From Chromatiales bacterium USCg_Taylor (GTDB taxonomy: Bacteria > Pseudomonadota > Gammaproteobacteria > JACCXJ01), in assembly GCA_002007425.1 (NCBI GenBank), contig MUGK01000012.1:1-56931 (forward strand): a stretch of 56,931 nt of DNA, given 5' to 3'. This document shows positions 41,126 through 50,882 of this stretch, in pieces. A program made the position numbers and the translations under genes. Every line of letters begins with the position of its first letter. The first letter of the stretch is position 1. The notes beneath the pieces are model-generated. The model was not told the origin of the DNA, made no database searches, and saw only the letters and a program-made list of their open reading frames with translations.

Positions 41126-42053
41126 CTAATAGAACCGGCGTTGCTCCCAGTCGAGCGACGTCTTGACGATAAACTCCAGGTCATCGTAGCGCGGGTGCCA
41201 CGCCAAAACAGACCGGATCCGATCGCACGTTGAGACGCTGTCCGTGGATTTTCTCGATAGCGCGAATGACCTCCCGCACGCTGTAGCCGTGTCCATAACC
41301 GCAGTTTAGGACCACCGGCTCGCCGCCACGCTCAAGATATTCGAGCGCCCTCAGGTGGGCGCAAGCGAGGTCATCCACGTGGATGTAATCCCGGATGCCG
41401 GTTCCGTCCGGGGTCGGGTAGTCGCTTCCAAAGATAGAGAGCGCGGCGCGCTTACCGAGCGCGACCTCGGCGGCGACTTTGATCAATAACGTCGCCTCAC
41501 GCGTCGACTGCCCGATGCGGCCCTCCGGATCCGAGCCCGCGACGTTAAAATAGCGCAAGATCACATAGCGCAGCCGGGAGGCTGCCGCGACATCGCGCAG
41601 CATCCATTCACTCACGAGTTTCGATGTCCCGTAAGGATTAATCGGGCAGGTTGGGCTGTCTTCAAACGCCACCGGTGTCGTGGGAATGCCATAGACCGCG
41701 GCGGTGGAGGAGAACACGAAGTGCGTTACGCCCGCATGCGCGCAAGCCTCCAATAAGGCGCGCGTCTTACACGTGTTGTTGCCGTAATATTTCAGAGGAT
41801 CACGGACCGATTCGGGCACGATTGTATGGGCGGCGAAATGCATGACGGTGTCGATGCCGTGTTCCTGGAGGACGCGATCCATTAGTTTGCGATCGCCGAC
41901 ATCGCCGGCGATAAAGGTCCCATGCACAACGGCCTTCTCGAATCCGGTAGACAAATTGTCTACGACGACGACCGCCCGGCCGCCCTCCCCGAGCTGGCGC
42001 GCGACGTGACTGCCGATGTAACCGGCCCCGCCCGTCACAAGCACCGGTCTCAT
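41126..42053 (-). pseudogene. galE: UDP-glucose 4-epimerase, C-terminal region disrupted by deletion plus frameshift
   Basis: VLVTGGAGYIGSH, SSTAAVYG and YGTSK are intact. After ...IHGQRLNVRS (~41224) the reading frame runs into 16 unrelated codons and a stop at 41181. Another frame (41224..41126) gives the genuine GalE tail DRIRSVLAWHPRYDDLEFIVKTSLDWEQRRFY*. The pRR.GDp...l.A block that normally sits between them is missing or scrambled. Confidence 0.7.
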
Positions 42054-43051
42054 GGCTGCTTTGGAGAATCGGCGCCTTCAAGCCCGCGGCCGATGGCCCC
42101 CGATAACGGCACGTCCTTGAACAAGCGCGTATCCTCGACTAGCGCGCTCACGGGAATAAAACGCTGCCACGCGAACCAACCGATCGCCGCGAGGGCAAGA
42201 CAAAAGCTCAGCGCCATCGCCAGCACCGCGGCGCCCGGTTTGGTCACAAACTCGGTGTCCCGCGCCGCCCTGCGTACGTGTCTGGTTCTGACTTTGATCT
42301 CGCCCCCGGCATAGGCTGCGAGCAAGGACTTATCGGCGAGAATATTGATCCTGCGCAGCAGCCCCTTGGAATAGCGAGTAAGGCTTCGAATTGCAGCGCG
42401 CGTGAAAACCCCCATTCCCTTGTAGCCGCTCGCCCGCAAACGGCTGCTTAGATAGTCCCGCACCTCGGCAATCGAAAACGGATGCAGATAAAAGCTGTAG
42501 GTGATGCGCTCTTTCAGTTGCCGGATGTGCGGATTCATTAAGGATTCATCCAGCTCCGGCTGTCCGAACAAAACGATCTGCAACAACTTCTCATCCTGTG
42601 TCTCCAAGTTGCTTAACAGGCGGATCTCTTCCAGGGTTTCGAGCGGCATGCTCTGGGCTTCTTCGACGAACGCGACGATTCGCCGATTCTCCGCGTGTTT
42701 CCTTACCAAGTATTCTTGCAGCGCGTGCATCACCTTGAGCCGATCCTCGCTCCCCGCGACCGGCAGATGTAATTCAAACGCGATGGCGTGCAGAATGTTG
42801 TCCGGAGAGAGGCTGGGATTGGCTAAATACACGATCTCGGCGTTCTCGGGCAACTCACGCTCCAGCATGCGGCAGAGCATGGTCTTGCCGCTTCCCACCT
42901 CGCCTACGACCTTGACCATGCCCTCGCCGGTTGCAATCGCGTAGACCAAGGCCTCCAGGACCGCCCCGCGGTTGCCGCCCGGAAAGAACAAGCGCGTGTC
43001 GGGCGTGATCTTGAAGGGCGCTTGGCGCAAGCCAAAATAGGAGTAATACAT
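42050..43051 (-). CDS. ExeA/GspA/MshM-like AAA ATPase with C-terminal membrane anchor
   Basis: MYYSYFGLRQAPFKITPDTRLFF, Walker A GEVGSGKTMLCR, LLSNLETQDEKLLQIVLFGQPEL, and a C-terminal TM span AAVLAMALSFCLALAAIGWFAW. ATGA overlap with galE. Confidence 0.75.
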   Translation of the reverse strand: MYYSYFGLRQAPFKITPDTRLFFPGGNRGAVLEALVYAIATGEGMVKVVGEVGSGKTMLCRMLERELPENAEIVYLANPSLSPDNILHAIAFELHLPVAGSEDRLKVMHALQEYLVRKHAENRRIVAFVEEAQSMPLETLEEIRLLSNLETQDEKLLQIVLFGQPELDESLMNPHIRQLKERITYSFYLHPFSIAEVRDYLSSRLRASGYKGMGVFTRAAIRSLTRYSKGLLRRINILADKSLLAAYAGGEIKVRTRHVRRAARDTEFVTKPGAAVLAMALSFCLALAAIGWFAWQRFIPVSALVEDTRLFKDVPLSGAIGRGLEGADSPKQP

Positions 43052-43084
43052 CAGCGTGGCAGGTGATTGAAGCGTTCGATCCTA

Positions 43085-43204
43085 CTATACAGGGTCGTAC
43101 GGTTGATCCTCCAAAATCAGCGCCAGCGATTCCACGATCAACGCATCGTCATCCACCAGCAGCAGCGGGGTCTTGGGAGGCCGTGTGGAAAGCCGCGCGG
43201 ACAA
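43085..43204 (-). pseudogene. stub of a response-regulator receiver domain (about 39 codons)
   Basis: The minus-strand frame reads (TTG)SARLSTRPPKTPLLLVDDDALIVESLALILEDQPYDPV*. This is only the beta1-alpha1 start of a CheY-like domain, and it ends 30 nt before the ExeA-like start. Confidence 0.3.
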
Positions 43205-43220
43205 GGGTGGCGATGGTCCG

Positions 43221-44099
43221 CTAGCCGCCCGAGAGCTTCACCGCGGGTCTTTCGCGGCGCAACCCGAGGTTAGCCCAGATCGCCTCGGACGCCTCGGCTT
43301 GATTCATGGTGTAAAAATGCAGCCCCGGCGCCCCCTTGTCCAAGAGCTGACGGCACAGATCGGTGGTCACATCGATGCCGAAATTGCGAATCGAGACGCG
43401 GTCGTCCCCAAAATCCTTTAAGCGCCGCAAGATCCACCGCGGGATCTCGGCGCCGCAGGCATCCGAGAAGCGCACCAACTGCGTACAGTTGATGATGGGC
43501 ATGACACCGGGGACGATCGGGATCTGGACCCCGAGCGCCCCGCAGCTCTCCACGAACCGCCAATAGGCGTCCAGATTATAAAAATACTGCGTGATGGCGC
43601 GGTCGGCCCCGGCCTCCGCCTTACGCTTGAAGTTCCTAAGATCCATGTCCGCGCTCGGTGCCTGCGGGTGAAACTCCGGATAGGCGGCGACTTCCACGAA
43701 AAAATAGTCGCCGCTCTCCTCGCGGATGAACTCCACCAACTCATTGGCGTAACGCAGCTCACCGTGGCCCGCCGCGCCGGAGGGCAGATCGCCGCGCAAT
43801 GCCACGATATGTTTGATGCCGGCGCTCCTGTAGGTGCTTAAGATCTCACGCAGGCTGCTGATGGTGCTCCCGATACAAGAGATATGCGGAGCGGCCGCGA
43901 TCCCGGTCGCCGCACGGATCTCTTGCACCGTCTCGAAGGTCAGCTCGCGCGTGCTGCCTCCCGCCCCGAAGGTGACCGAGAAATAATCCGGCTTTAGGCG
44001 CGCGAGCCGATCGCGGGTAACCTGAAGCTTGCCGATCGCCTCCGGGGTTCGGGGCGGGAAAAACTCGAAGCTGAAGCTATGACTGTTTGGAGTTCCCAT
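43221..44099 (-). CDS. metF: 5,10-methylenetetrahydrofolate reductase
   Basis: FSFEFFPPRT, SVTFGAGGSTRE, IVALRGD, ITQYFYN. 292 aa. Confidence 0.93.
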   Translation of the reverse strand: MGTPNSHSFSFEFFPPRTPEAIGKLQVTRDRLARLKPDYFSVTFGAGGSTRELTFETVQEIRAATGIAAAPHISCIGSTISSLREILSTYRSAGIKHIVALRGDLPSGAAGHGELRYANELVEFIREESGDYFFVEVAAYPEFHPQAPSADMDLRNFKRKAEAGADRAITQYFYNLDAYWRFVESCGALGVQIPIVPGVMPIINCTQLVRFSDACGAEIPRWILRRLKDFGDDRVSIRNFGIDVTTDLCRQLLDKGAPGLHFYTMNQAEASEAIWANLGLRRERPAVKLSGG

Positions 44100-44168
44100 G
44101 GCGCTTGTTGACGAAACCGCCGTGCGTTTTAATCGCCCGCGGGGCGGCGATCACTACCACGGCGGGCA

Positions 44169-45485
44169 TTAATAACGATAATATTCCGGTTTGTAAGGCC
44201 CCTCGATCGAGACACCGATATACTTCGCTTGCTCCTGCGTGAGCACCGTGAGATCCGCACCGACTTTCGCCAGGTGCAGGCGCGCCACCTTTTCATCAAG
44301 GTGCTGGGGTAGTGTATAGACGCGGTTCTGGTAGCTGTTAACGTTGTTCCAGAGCTCGATCTGCGCCAGCACTTGGTTGCTAAACGACGCCGACATGACG
44401 AAGCTCGGATGCCCCGCGGCGCAACCCAGATTGACCAAGCGGCCCTCGGCCAGAAGGATGATGCGCTTACCATCGGGAAACAGGATCTGATCCACCTGCG
44501 GTTTGACGTTTTCCCAACGGTATTGACGCAAGGAGGCGACGTCGATCTCGGAGTCGAAATGGCCGATATTGCACACGATGGTCTGGTCTTTCATGGACCG
44601 CATGTGATCGTGGGTGATCACCCGGACGTTGCCCGTGGCGGTGACGAAAATGTCCCCGCGCGCCGCGACATCATTCATGCGCACCACCCGATACCCCTCC
44701 ATCGCCGCCTGCAGCGCGCAGATGGGATCGATCTCCGCTATCCAGACAGTCGCGCCGAGGCCCTTCAGGGCCTGAGCGCAGCCTTTTCCGACATCGCCGT
44801 ACCCGATCACGATGGCGATCTTGCCGGCAATCATCACTCCCGTGGCCCGCTTTAGACCATCCATCAAGGATTCCCGGCAACCGTAGAGGTTATCGAACTT
44901 GGATTTCGTGACCGAATCATTGACATTAAACGCTGGCACCTTCAGCGTGCCGGTTTGTGCCATTTCGTACAAGCGCCGCACACCGGTCGTAGTCTCTTCC
45001 GACACACCACGCACCTCTTGGAGCATCTCCGGATAACGCTCATGCATCACTTGGGTCAGATCTCCGCCATCGTCGAGCAGCATATTCGGGCGCCAGCCGC
45101 CGGGGCCGAAAATACTCTTCTCGATGCACCACCAGAACTCCTCTTCCGTCTCCCCTTTCCAGGCAAATACGGGAATACCCGCTGCCGCGACAGCGGCCGC
45201 GGCATGATCTTGGGTCGAGAAAATGTTACAGGATGACCAGCGCACCTCGGCGCCCAGCTGAATCAAGGTCTCGATTAACACCGCCGTCTGCACGGTCATG
45301 TGCAGACAGCCGGCGATGCGGGCCCCCGCCAACGGCTTTTTACCCTGGTATTCTTCCCGCAAGGCCATCAGGCCCGGCATTTCCCCTTCGGCGATGTTGA
45401 TCTCCTTGCGCCCCCATTCGGCGAGCTTGAGATCCGCCACCTTGTAATCGGGTGTGATCTTTTCCATTGGTTGCGTGCTCATCAA
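44169..45485 (-). CDS. ahcY: adenosylhomocysteinase
   Basis: [44 protein letters not shown] site [23 protein letters not shown]. Confidence 0.96.
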   Translation of the reverse strand: MMSTQPMEKITPDYKVADLKLAEWGRKEINIAEGEMPGLMALREEYQGKKPLAGARIAGCLHMTVQTAVLIETLIQLGAEVRWSSCNIFSTQDHAAAAVAAAGIPVFAWKGETEEEFWWCIEKSIFGPGGWRPNMLLDDGGDLTQVMHERYPEMLQEVRGVSEETTTGVRRLYEMAQTGTLKVPAFNVNDSVTKSKFDNLYGCRESLMDGLKRATGVMIAGKIAIVIGYGDVGKGCAQALKGLGATVWIAEIDPICALQAAMEGYRVVRMNDVAARGDIFVTATGNVRVITHDHMRSMKDQTIVCNIGHFDSEIDVASLRQYRWENVKPQVDQILFPDGKRIILLAEGRLVNLGCAAGHPSFVMSASFSNQVLAQIELWNNVNSYQNRVYTLPQHLDEKVARLHLAKVGADLTVLTQEQAKYIGVSIEGPYKPEYYRY

Positions 45486-45513
45486 TTAGCTCCTAATTTG
45501 AAAATATAAAAAT

Positions 45514-46713
45514 CTAACTCGCCCGGACCAGGGACTCGCGCGCCATCGATTCGGCTATCCCGAGGCTCTCGCGCAAGGCGTCCACCTTATCGGTGCGCTC
45601 CCAAGTGAGATCGAACTCGGTGCGGCCGAAATGCCCATAAGCGGCGGTCTGCCGGTAGATCGGGCGCAAGAGGTTCAACATCTTGATGATCCCTTTGGGC
45701 CGGAGATCGAAATTCTTGCGCACCGCCGCGATTAACCTCGACTCGTCCACATTGCCCGTTCCAAAGGTCTCGATGCTGATCGACGTCGGCTCCGCCACGC
45801 CGATAGCATAGGATAGTTGGATCTCACAGCGATCGGCGAGGCCCGCGGCCACGATGTTTTTCGCCACGTAACGCGCCGCGTAGGCGGCCGAGCGGTCTAC
45901 TTTGGAAGGGTCCTTGCCCGAAAACGCGCCACCCCCGTGGCGCGCCATGCCGCCATAGGTATCGACGATGATCTTGCGCCCGGTCAGCCCACAGTCACCC
46001 ATGGGCCCGCCGATCACGAAGCGGCCGGTCGGATTGACATAGAATCGGGTCGTAGGACTTAGCCACTCCTTCGGCAGCACCGGAAGCACGATCTCATCCA
46101 TGACGGCCTGTTTGAGGACCTCATGGCTGATCTCGGGGCTATGCTGGGTCGAGAGGACCACGGCGTCGATGCCGCAGGGACGGCCATGCGCGTAGCGAAA
46201 CGTCACCTGGCTCTTGGCATCCGGGCGCAGCCAGGGCAGGCGGCCCGTCTTGCGGACTTCGGCTTGTCGCCGGACCAGGCGGTGCGCGTAGGTGATGGGC
46301 GCCGGCATGAGCACGTCGGTTTCGTTGCAGGCATATCCGAACATCAATCCCTGGTCGCCCGCGCCTTGTTCGTGCTCGCCGCTTTCGTTGACGCCGAGGG
46401 CGATATCCGCCGATTGTTGTCCTATGGAGACGATGACGCCGCAGGACTCCCAATCGAACCCCATCTCCGAGCTATCGTACCCGATATCACGGATAACCTG
46501 CCGGGCGACGTTGCGGATATCCACATAAGAGGACGTGGATATTTCTCCCGCCACGGTCACTAAGCCGGTTGTGACCAGCGTTTCGCACGCCACGCGCGCC
46601 CCCGGTTCCTGCGCGATGATCGCATCGAGCACCGCATCGGAGATCTGATCGCAGATCTTATCGGGGTGACCCTCGGAGACTGACTCGGAAGTAAACAAGC
46701 GGGTATTGTCCAT
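45514..46713 (-). CDS. metK: S-adenosylmethionine synthase
   Basis: [56 protein letters not shown]. Confidence 0.97.
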   Translation of the reverse strand: MDNTRLFTSESVSEGHPDKICDQISDAVLDAIIAQEPGARVACETLVTTGLVTVAGEISTSSYVDIRNVARQVIRDIGYDSSEMGFDWESCGVIVSIGQQSADIALGVNESGEHEQGAGDQGLMFGYACNETDVLMPAPITYAHRLVRRQAEVRKTGRLPWLRPDAKSQVTFRYAHGRPCGIDAVVLSTQHSPEISHEVLKQAVMDEIVLPVLPKEWLSPTTRFYVNPTGRFVIGGPMGDCGLTGRKIIVDTYGGMARHGGGAFSGKDPSKVDRSAAYAARYVAKNIVAAGLADRCEIQLSYAIGVAEPTSISIETFGTGNVDESRLIAAVRKNFDLRPKGIIKMLNLLRPIYRQTAAYGHFGRTEFDLTWERTDKVDALRESLGIAESMARESLVRAS

Positions 46714-46889
46714 GATATCTTCTCGTGGGAAGTTTAATGTGCTAGGGAAAGCGGATCAGTTTACTTTATAAATCGAGGATTAACAGCTAACATCCGCGCC
46801 TTCAAACGCGGGACGCCCTCGAGGAATGATGGTAGTCATTTGTTTCCGCAGGAAAACGACCGGCCGGAACGGAAAGAGCTTGCCAACGC

Positions 46890-46994
46890 CATACCCGCCT
46901 TGGCGAGGGACGCGGTCCAGAAAGCCAAGTGCTGAGGCACTTCGGATGCAACGTCGAACCTGTCATCGACGAAGTGAAGCGGCTGCCCGCTTGA
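46890..46994 (+). pseudogene. tkt: possible 3'-terminal remnant of transketolase
   Basis: The frame ending at TGA 46992-46994 reads ...[33 protein letters not shown]. This resembles the transketolase C-terminus (..tFGeSaP.e.l...FGFtvenVv...k.ll). Its position directly upstream of gap-pgk-pyk-fba is where tkt normally sits. Confidence 0.4.
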
Positions 46995-47028
46995 CCCGCG
47001 TGGTGGGCTTAATCAATTGGAGAGACAG

Positions 47029-48039
47029 ATGGCAATAAAGGTTGGAATCAATGGCTACGGCCGTATCGGCCGCAATATTCTGCGCGCGCTCTATGAATCG
47101 CGGCGGACTCAGGAGATCCAAATCCTCGCGATCAACGATCTCGGTGATGTCGCGACCAACGCGCATTTGACCCGCTACGATAGCGTCCACGGGCGCTTTC
47201 CGGGCGAGATCACGGCCACGGACCAGTCGATGGTGGTCAACGGCGATCCTATCCGCATTCTCGCCGAGCGCGATCCCGCCAAGCTCCCCTGGGGCCGGCT
47301 CGGTGTCGATGTGGTCCTGGAATGCACTGGACTTTTTACCAGTAAGGCCAAGGCCGGCGCCCACCTCCAAGCAGGCGCCAAGAAGGTCATCATCTCGGCG
47401 CCGGGGACCGAGGTCGACGCCACGATCGTCTATGGCGTGAATCATCAGAGGCTCAAAGCGAGTGACACGGTGATCTCCAATGCGTCTTGCACGACCAATT
47501 GCCTCGCGCCCTTGGTGAAGCCGTTGCATGAGCGCATCGGCATCCTGCGCGGCGTCATGACCACGATCCATTCCTTCACCAATGATCAGGTATTGATCGA
47601 CGTCTACCATAGCGATCTGCGCCGGGCGCGGTCCGCGACGCAGTCCATGATCCCGACCAAGACCGGCGCGGCCGCGGCCGTCGGCTTGGTGCTTCCCGAG
47701 TTGAACGGAAAACTGGACGGTTACGCCGTGCGCGTCCCAACGCTCAACGTATCGTTGGTGGACCTGAGCTTCGTCGCCGCGCGCGAGACCAGCAAGGAGG
47801 AGATCAATGCAGTATTGAGAGAGGCCGCCCAAGGCGAGCTCAACGGACTTCTGGAGTATAACGACAAGCCGCTGGTCTCGGTTGATTTCAATCACAACCC
47901 CGCCTCGTCCATTTACGATGCCACGCAGACCCGCGTCATCGAAGGCACACTGGTCAAAGTCTTGTCCTGGTACGATAACGAATGGGGCTTTTCCAACCGC
48001 ATGTTGGACGTCACGATCGCCTTGATGAACGCCACGTAA
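47029..48039 (+). CDS. gap: type I glyceraldehyde-3-phosphate dehydrogenase
   Basis: [16 protein letters not shown], active site [33 protein letters not shown] lies before ATG 47029. Confidence 0.95.
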   Translation: MAIKVGINGYGRIGRNILRALYESRRTQEIQILAINDLGDVATNAHLTRYDSVHGRFPGEITATDQSMVVNGDPIRILAERDPAKLPWGRLGVDVVLECTGLFTSKAKAGAHLQAGAKKVIISAPGTEVDATIVYGVNHQRLKASDTVISNASCTTNCLAPLVKPLHERIGILRGVMTTIHSFTNDQVLIDVYHSDLRRARSATQSMIPTKTGAAAAVGLVLPELNGKLDGYAVRVPTLNVSLVDLSFVAARETSKEEINAVLREAAQGELNGLLEYNDKPLVSVDFNHNPASSIYDATQTRVIEGTLVKVLSWYDNEWGFSNRMLDVTIALMNAT

Positions 48040-48055
48040 GGACCGATTTCCGTCC

Positions 48056-49261
48056 ATGATGTCGATGTCCGATCTGAGCCTTGCCGGGAAACGGGTGTTG
48101 ATCCGGGAAGACTTCAACGTACCGATCCAAGCGGGCCGGATCCTGGATGACACACGCTTGCGGGCAGCGCTCCCTACCATCAGCAAGGCCTTGTCGGCGG
48201 GTGCCCGGGTAATGCTCGTCTCGCATCTCGGCCGCCCGCAAGAAGGCCAGTACGACGCTGCGCTGAGCTTGGCACCGGTCGCTACCCGCTTATCCGAGTT
48301 GCTGCATCGAGACATCGCGCTGGTTAAAGATTGGATCGACGGGGTCAGCGTCGAGCCCGGCCAAGCGGCTCTATGCGAAAACGTGCGCTTCGAGATCGGC
48401 GAGAAAAATAACGACGACGCCTTGGCCAGAAAGATTGCGGCCCTCTGTGATGTGTACGTGAATGATGCCTTTGGCACGGCCCATCGCGCCGAGGCTTCGA
48501 CCCACGGGATCGCCAAGTATGCTCCCCAGGTCTGCGCCGGGCCGCTGCTCGAGGCCGAGATCAAGGCCTTGAGCCAAGCCTTGAAACAACCGGCACGCCC
48601 CCTGGTAGCGATTGTGGGCGGGTCGAAGATTTCGACCAAGCTCGCGCTACTGGAATCGCTGGTCGAGACCGTGGATCAGCTCATTGTCGGCGGCGGGATC
48701 CTCAATACGTGCCTGCGCGCCGCGGGCCATGCTATCGGTCGGTCTCTCGTGGAAGAACCCTTGGTCCAGGTGGCCTCGCGGCTTCTCGGGCGGGCAGCCG
48801 CGCGCGGCGCGGCTATCCCCTTGGCCGAGGACGTGGTCTGCGCCCGGGAGTCTTCCGAAACCGCACCGGCCACGGTAAAGAATATTTCCGACGTCGCAGC
48901 CGGCGATCGCATCCTGGATGTCGGTCCCCGCACCGCGAGGCGCTACATCGCGTTGCTTGAACAGGCTCAAACGATCGTCTGGAACGGCCCGCTCGGGGTG
49001 TTTGAATTCGACCAATTCAGCCAGGGTACGCGGGCGGTCGCGATGGCGATAGCCGCGAGCCAAGCGTATTCCCTCGCCGGAGGCGGCGAGACGCTCGCGG
49101 CTATCGCGAAATACGGGATCGGCGAGCGGCTGTCCTATATATCCACCGGCGGGGGGGCGTTTCTGGAGTTTCTCGAGGGAAAAACCCTTCCTGCTGTCGC
49201 CATCCTGCAAGAGCGCGCCCGTGCCCATCCCGATTACGTGCATCCGAGCGAGGGTTATTGA
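48056..49261 (+). CDS. pgk: phosphoglycerate kinase
   Basis: [51 protein letters not shown]. Confidence 0.95.
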   Translation: MMSMSDLSLAGKRVLIREDFNVPIQAGRILDDTRLRAALPTISKALSAGARVMLVSHLGRPQEGQYDAALSLAPVATRLSELLHRDIALVKDWIDGVSVEPGQAALCENVRFEIGEKNNDDALARKIAALCDVYVNDAFGTAHRAEASTHGIAKYAPQVCAGPLLEAEIKALSQALKQPARPLVAIVGGSKISTKLALLESLVETVDQLIVGGGILNTCLRAAGHAIGRSLVEEPLVQVASRLLGRAAARGAAIPLAEDVVCARESSETAPATVKNISDVAAGDRILDVGPRTARRYIALLEQAQTIVWNGPLGVFEFDQFSQGTRAVAMAIAASQAYSLAGGGETLAAIAKYGIGERLSYISTGGGAFLEFLEGKTLPAVAILQERARAHPDYVHPSEGY

Positions 49262-49333
49262 TGCCACGTCCCGGACGGCGGCAATTTGATCAGGCATTCA
49301 TCGATACAGGGAATTAGGCTCGCAACGCCCCGC

Positions 49334-50710
49334 ATGCGCAGAACGAAAATCGTTGCCACCCTCGGCCCGGCTACCGACGATCCCAAGGTGCTCGATGGCC
49401 TCATCGCCGCCGGGGTGGACGTCATCCGGCTAAACTACTCCTACGGCTCCCACGACAGCCATAAGCGCCGGATCGACCAACTGCGGGCCTGCTCCCACGC
49501 GCGCGGCACGCAGGTCGGCGCCATCATCCAGCGATTCCGCGGCGGCCGTGTGGAACTGCGGGAAGGGGCTTCCTTCACGCTCGATGCCGCCATCTCGCCC
49601 GCGGACGGAGATGAACACCGCGTCGGAGTCACCTACGTGGATCTCCCGAAAGACGTCAAGCGCGGCGATACCTTGTTCATTGACGATGGCCGTATCGTGC
49701 TTGAAGTCAAGCGCGTCATGGGGACCGGCGTCGAATGCGTGGTGCGGGTGGGCGGCGGGCTCTTCGACAGCAAGGGTTTGAACCGAGCCGGTGGCGGGCT
49801 CTCGGCGGGCGCGCTGACTTCCAAGGACCGCGCGGATATCCGCCACGCCGTGGACATCGGCGCCGACTACATCGCCGTATCCTTTCCGCGCAATGCCGCC
49901 GACATCGAGGAAGCCCGCCGTTTGATTGCCGAGAGCAACGGAAACTGCGGCGTCATCGCCAAGATCGAGCGCGCCGAAGCCTTACTGTGTATCGATGAGA
50001 TCCTGCGGGCCTCGGACGGGATCATGATCGCGCGCGGCGATAAACGCTTGATCTTGCAAGCCCGTAACGCGAACCGCCTGGTCATCACGGCCACGCAGAT
50101 GATGGAGTCGATGATCGCAAACCAGATCCCGACACGGGCCGAAGTCTTCGACGTCGCCAATGCCGTGTTGGATGGCACGGATGCCGTCATGCTCTCCGCC
50201 GAAACCAGCGTGGGTAAGTACCCGCGCAAAGCCGTCGAGGCGATGGATAGAATCTGCTTGGAGACGGAAACCCAGTGGGGCCTCCGGGGGGCCGACTACC
50301 GCATCGATTCGCTTTTCGACCGCATCGATGAAGCGATCGCCATGTCCACGGTTTACGCGGCCAACCACATCGGCGCGAAGGCCATTCTCGCGCTCACCGA
50401 GACCGGCGCCACCGGCATATGGATGTCGCGCGTGCTTACCGGGATCCCGATCTTTGCCTTCACCCGCCATCCCATGACGCTCAGGCGGGTGACGCTTTAC
50501 CGGGGCGTCTACCCGATCAATTTCGACGTCACGCACACCGATTTCCTGCGCGTTAACCGTGAAATGATCGATATCCTGCTTGAGCGCGGCGCGGTGCACG
50601 AAGAAGATATCGTAGTCATTACCAAAGGTGATTTGCGTGGTAAACAAGGCGGAACCAACGGCATGAAGATCGTTCGCGTAGGGGAGCTGGCCGCGGAATC
50701 GGCGTTATGA
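49334..50710 (+). CDS. pyk: pyruvate kinase homologue lacking two conserved catalytic segments (in-frame deletions; possibly non-functional)
   Basis: MRRTKIVATLGPAT, AKIERAEAL, ITATQMMESM and TRAEVFDVANAVLDGTDAVMLSAET are present. However, ...QVGAI|IQRFRGGRVEL lacks the D(L/T).GPKIR block (junction ~49525). Also, IMIARGD|KRLILQARNANRLVITATQ lacks LGVEI plus ~9 further residues (junction ~50041). Confidence 0.8.
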   Translation: MRRTKIVATLGPATDDPKVLDGLIAAGVDVIRLNYSYGSHDSHKRRIDQLRACSHARGTQVGAIIQRFRGGRVELREGASFTLDAAISPADGDEHRVGVTYVDLPKDVKRGDTLFIDDGRIVLEVKRVMGTGVECVVRVGGGLFDSKGLNRAGGGLSAGALTSKDRADIRHAVDIGADYIAVSFPRNAADIEEARRLIAESNGNCGVIAKIERAEALLCIDEILRASDGIMIARGDKRLILQARNANRLVITATQMMESMIANQIPTRAEVFDVANAVLDGTDAVMLSAETSVGKYPRKAVEAMDRICLETETQWGLRGADYRIDSLFDRIDEAIAMSTVYAANHIGAKAILALTETGATGIWMSRVLTGIPIFAFTRHPMTLRRVTLYRGVYPINFDVTHTDFLRVNREMIDILLERGAVHEEDIVVITKGDLRGKQGGTNGMKIVRVGELAAESAL

Positions 50711-50727
50711 AATCAATTTTACTTCGC

Positions 50728-50821
50728 GGGCGGGTATGAACCCCGCCCTTGACCAAAGGGGAGAGTTGCACTACTCCCCTTTGGAAACCCCAATGCTAAA
50801 GTGCCCGCCGTAAACGGCGGG
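50728..50821. repeat. three consecutive GC-rich hairpins in the pyk-fba intergenic region
   Basis: Hairpin 1 is GGGCGGG (50728-34) / CCCGCCC (50742-48). Hairpin 2 is CCAAAGGGGAG (50753-63) / CTCCCCTTTGG (50774-84), with a perfect 11-bp stem. Hairpin 3 is CCCGCCG (50804-10) / CGGCGGG (50815-21). None has a convincing U-tract. Confidence 0.8.
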
Positions 50822-50882
50822 GTATTCAGAATCAATACGGTTTCCGCGCGACCCGAGCGAACTAGGTTAGACTATCGTTACT

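Noticed and set aside
46714-46835. Possible SAM/SAH-type riboswitch in the metK leader. On the minus strand there is a nested hairpin, UCGAGG...CCUCGA, enclosing CCGCG-N8-CGCGG. The 28-nt metK-ahcY spacer was also checked.
   Set aside because: I could not match the structure to the SAM-I, SAM-II, SAM-V or SAH consensus by eye. The stems are short, and the metK-ahcY spacer is too short for any riboswitch. This needs an Infernal/Rfam scan before any claim.
46963-48639. 558-aa ORF on the minus strand spanning gap and pgk, along with many similar long antisense ORFs in the track (e.g. 5760..6539, 7408..8202, 36554..37654, 53135..53932).
   Set aside because: They lie antisense to, or out of frame with, strongly recognisable housekeeping genes. 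Their composition is biased (Arg/Ala/Gly/Pro-rich), as is typical of open frames in GC-rich DNA, and they carry no motifs.
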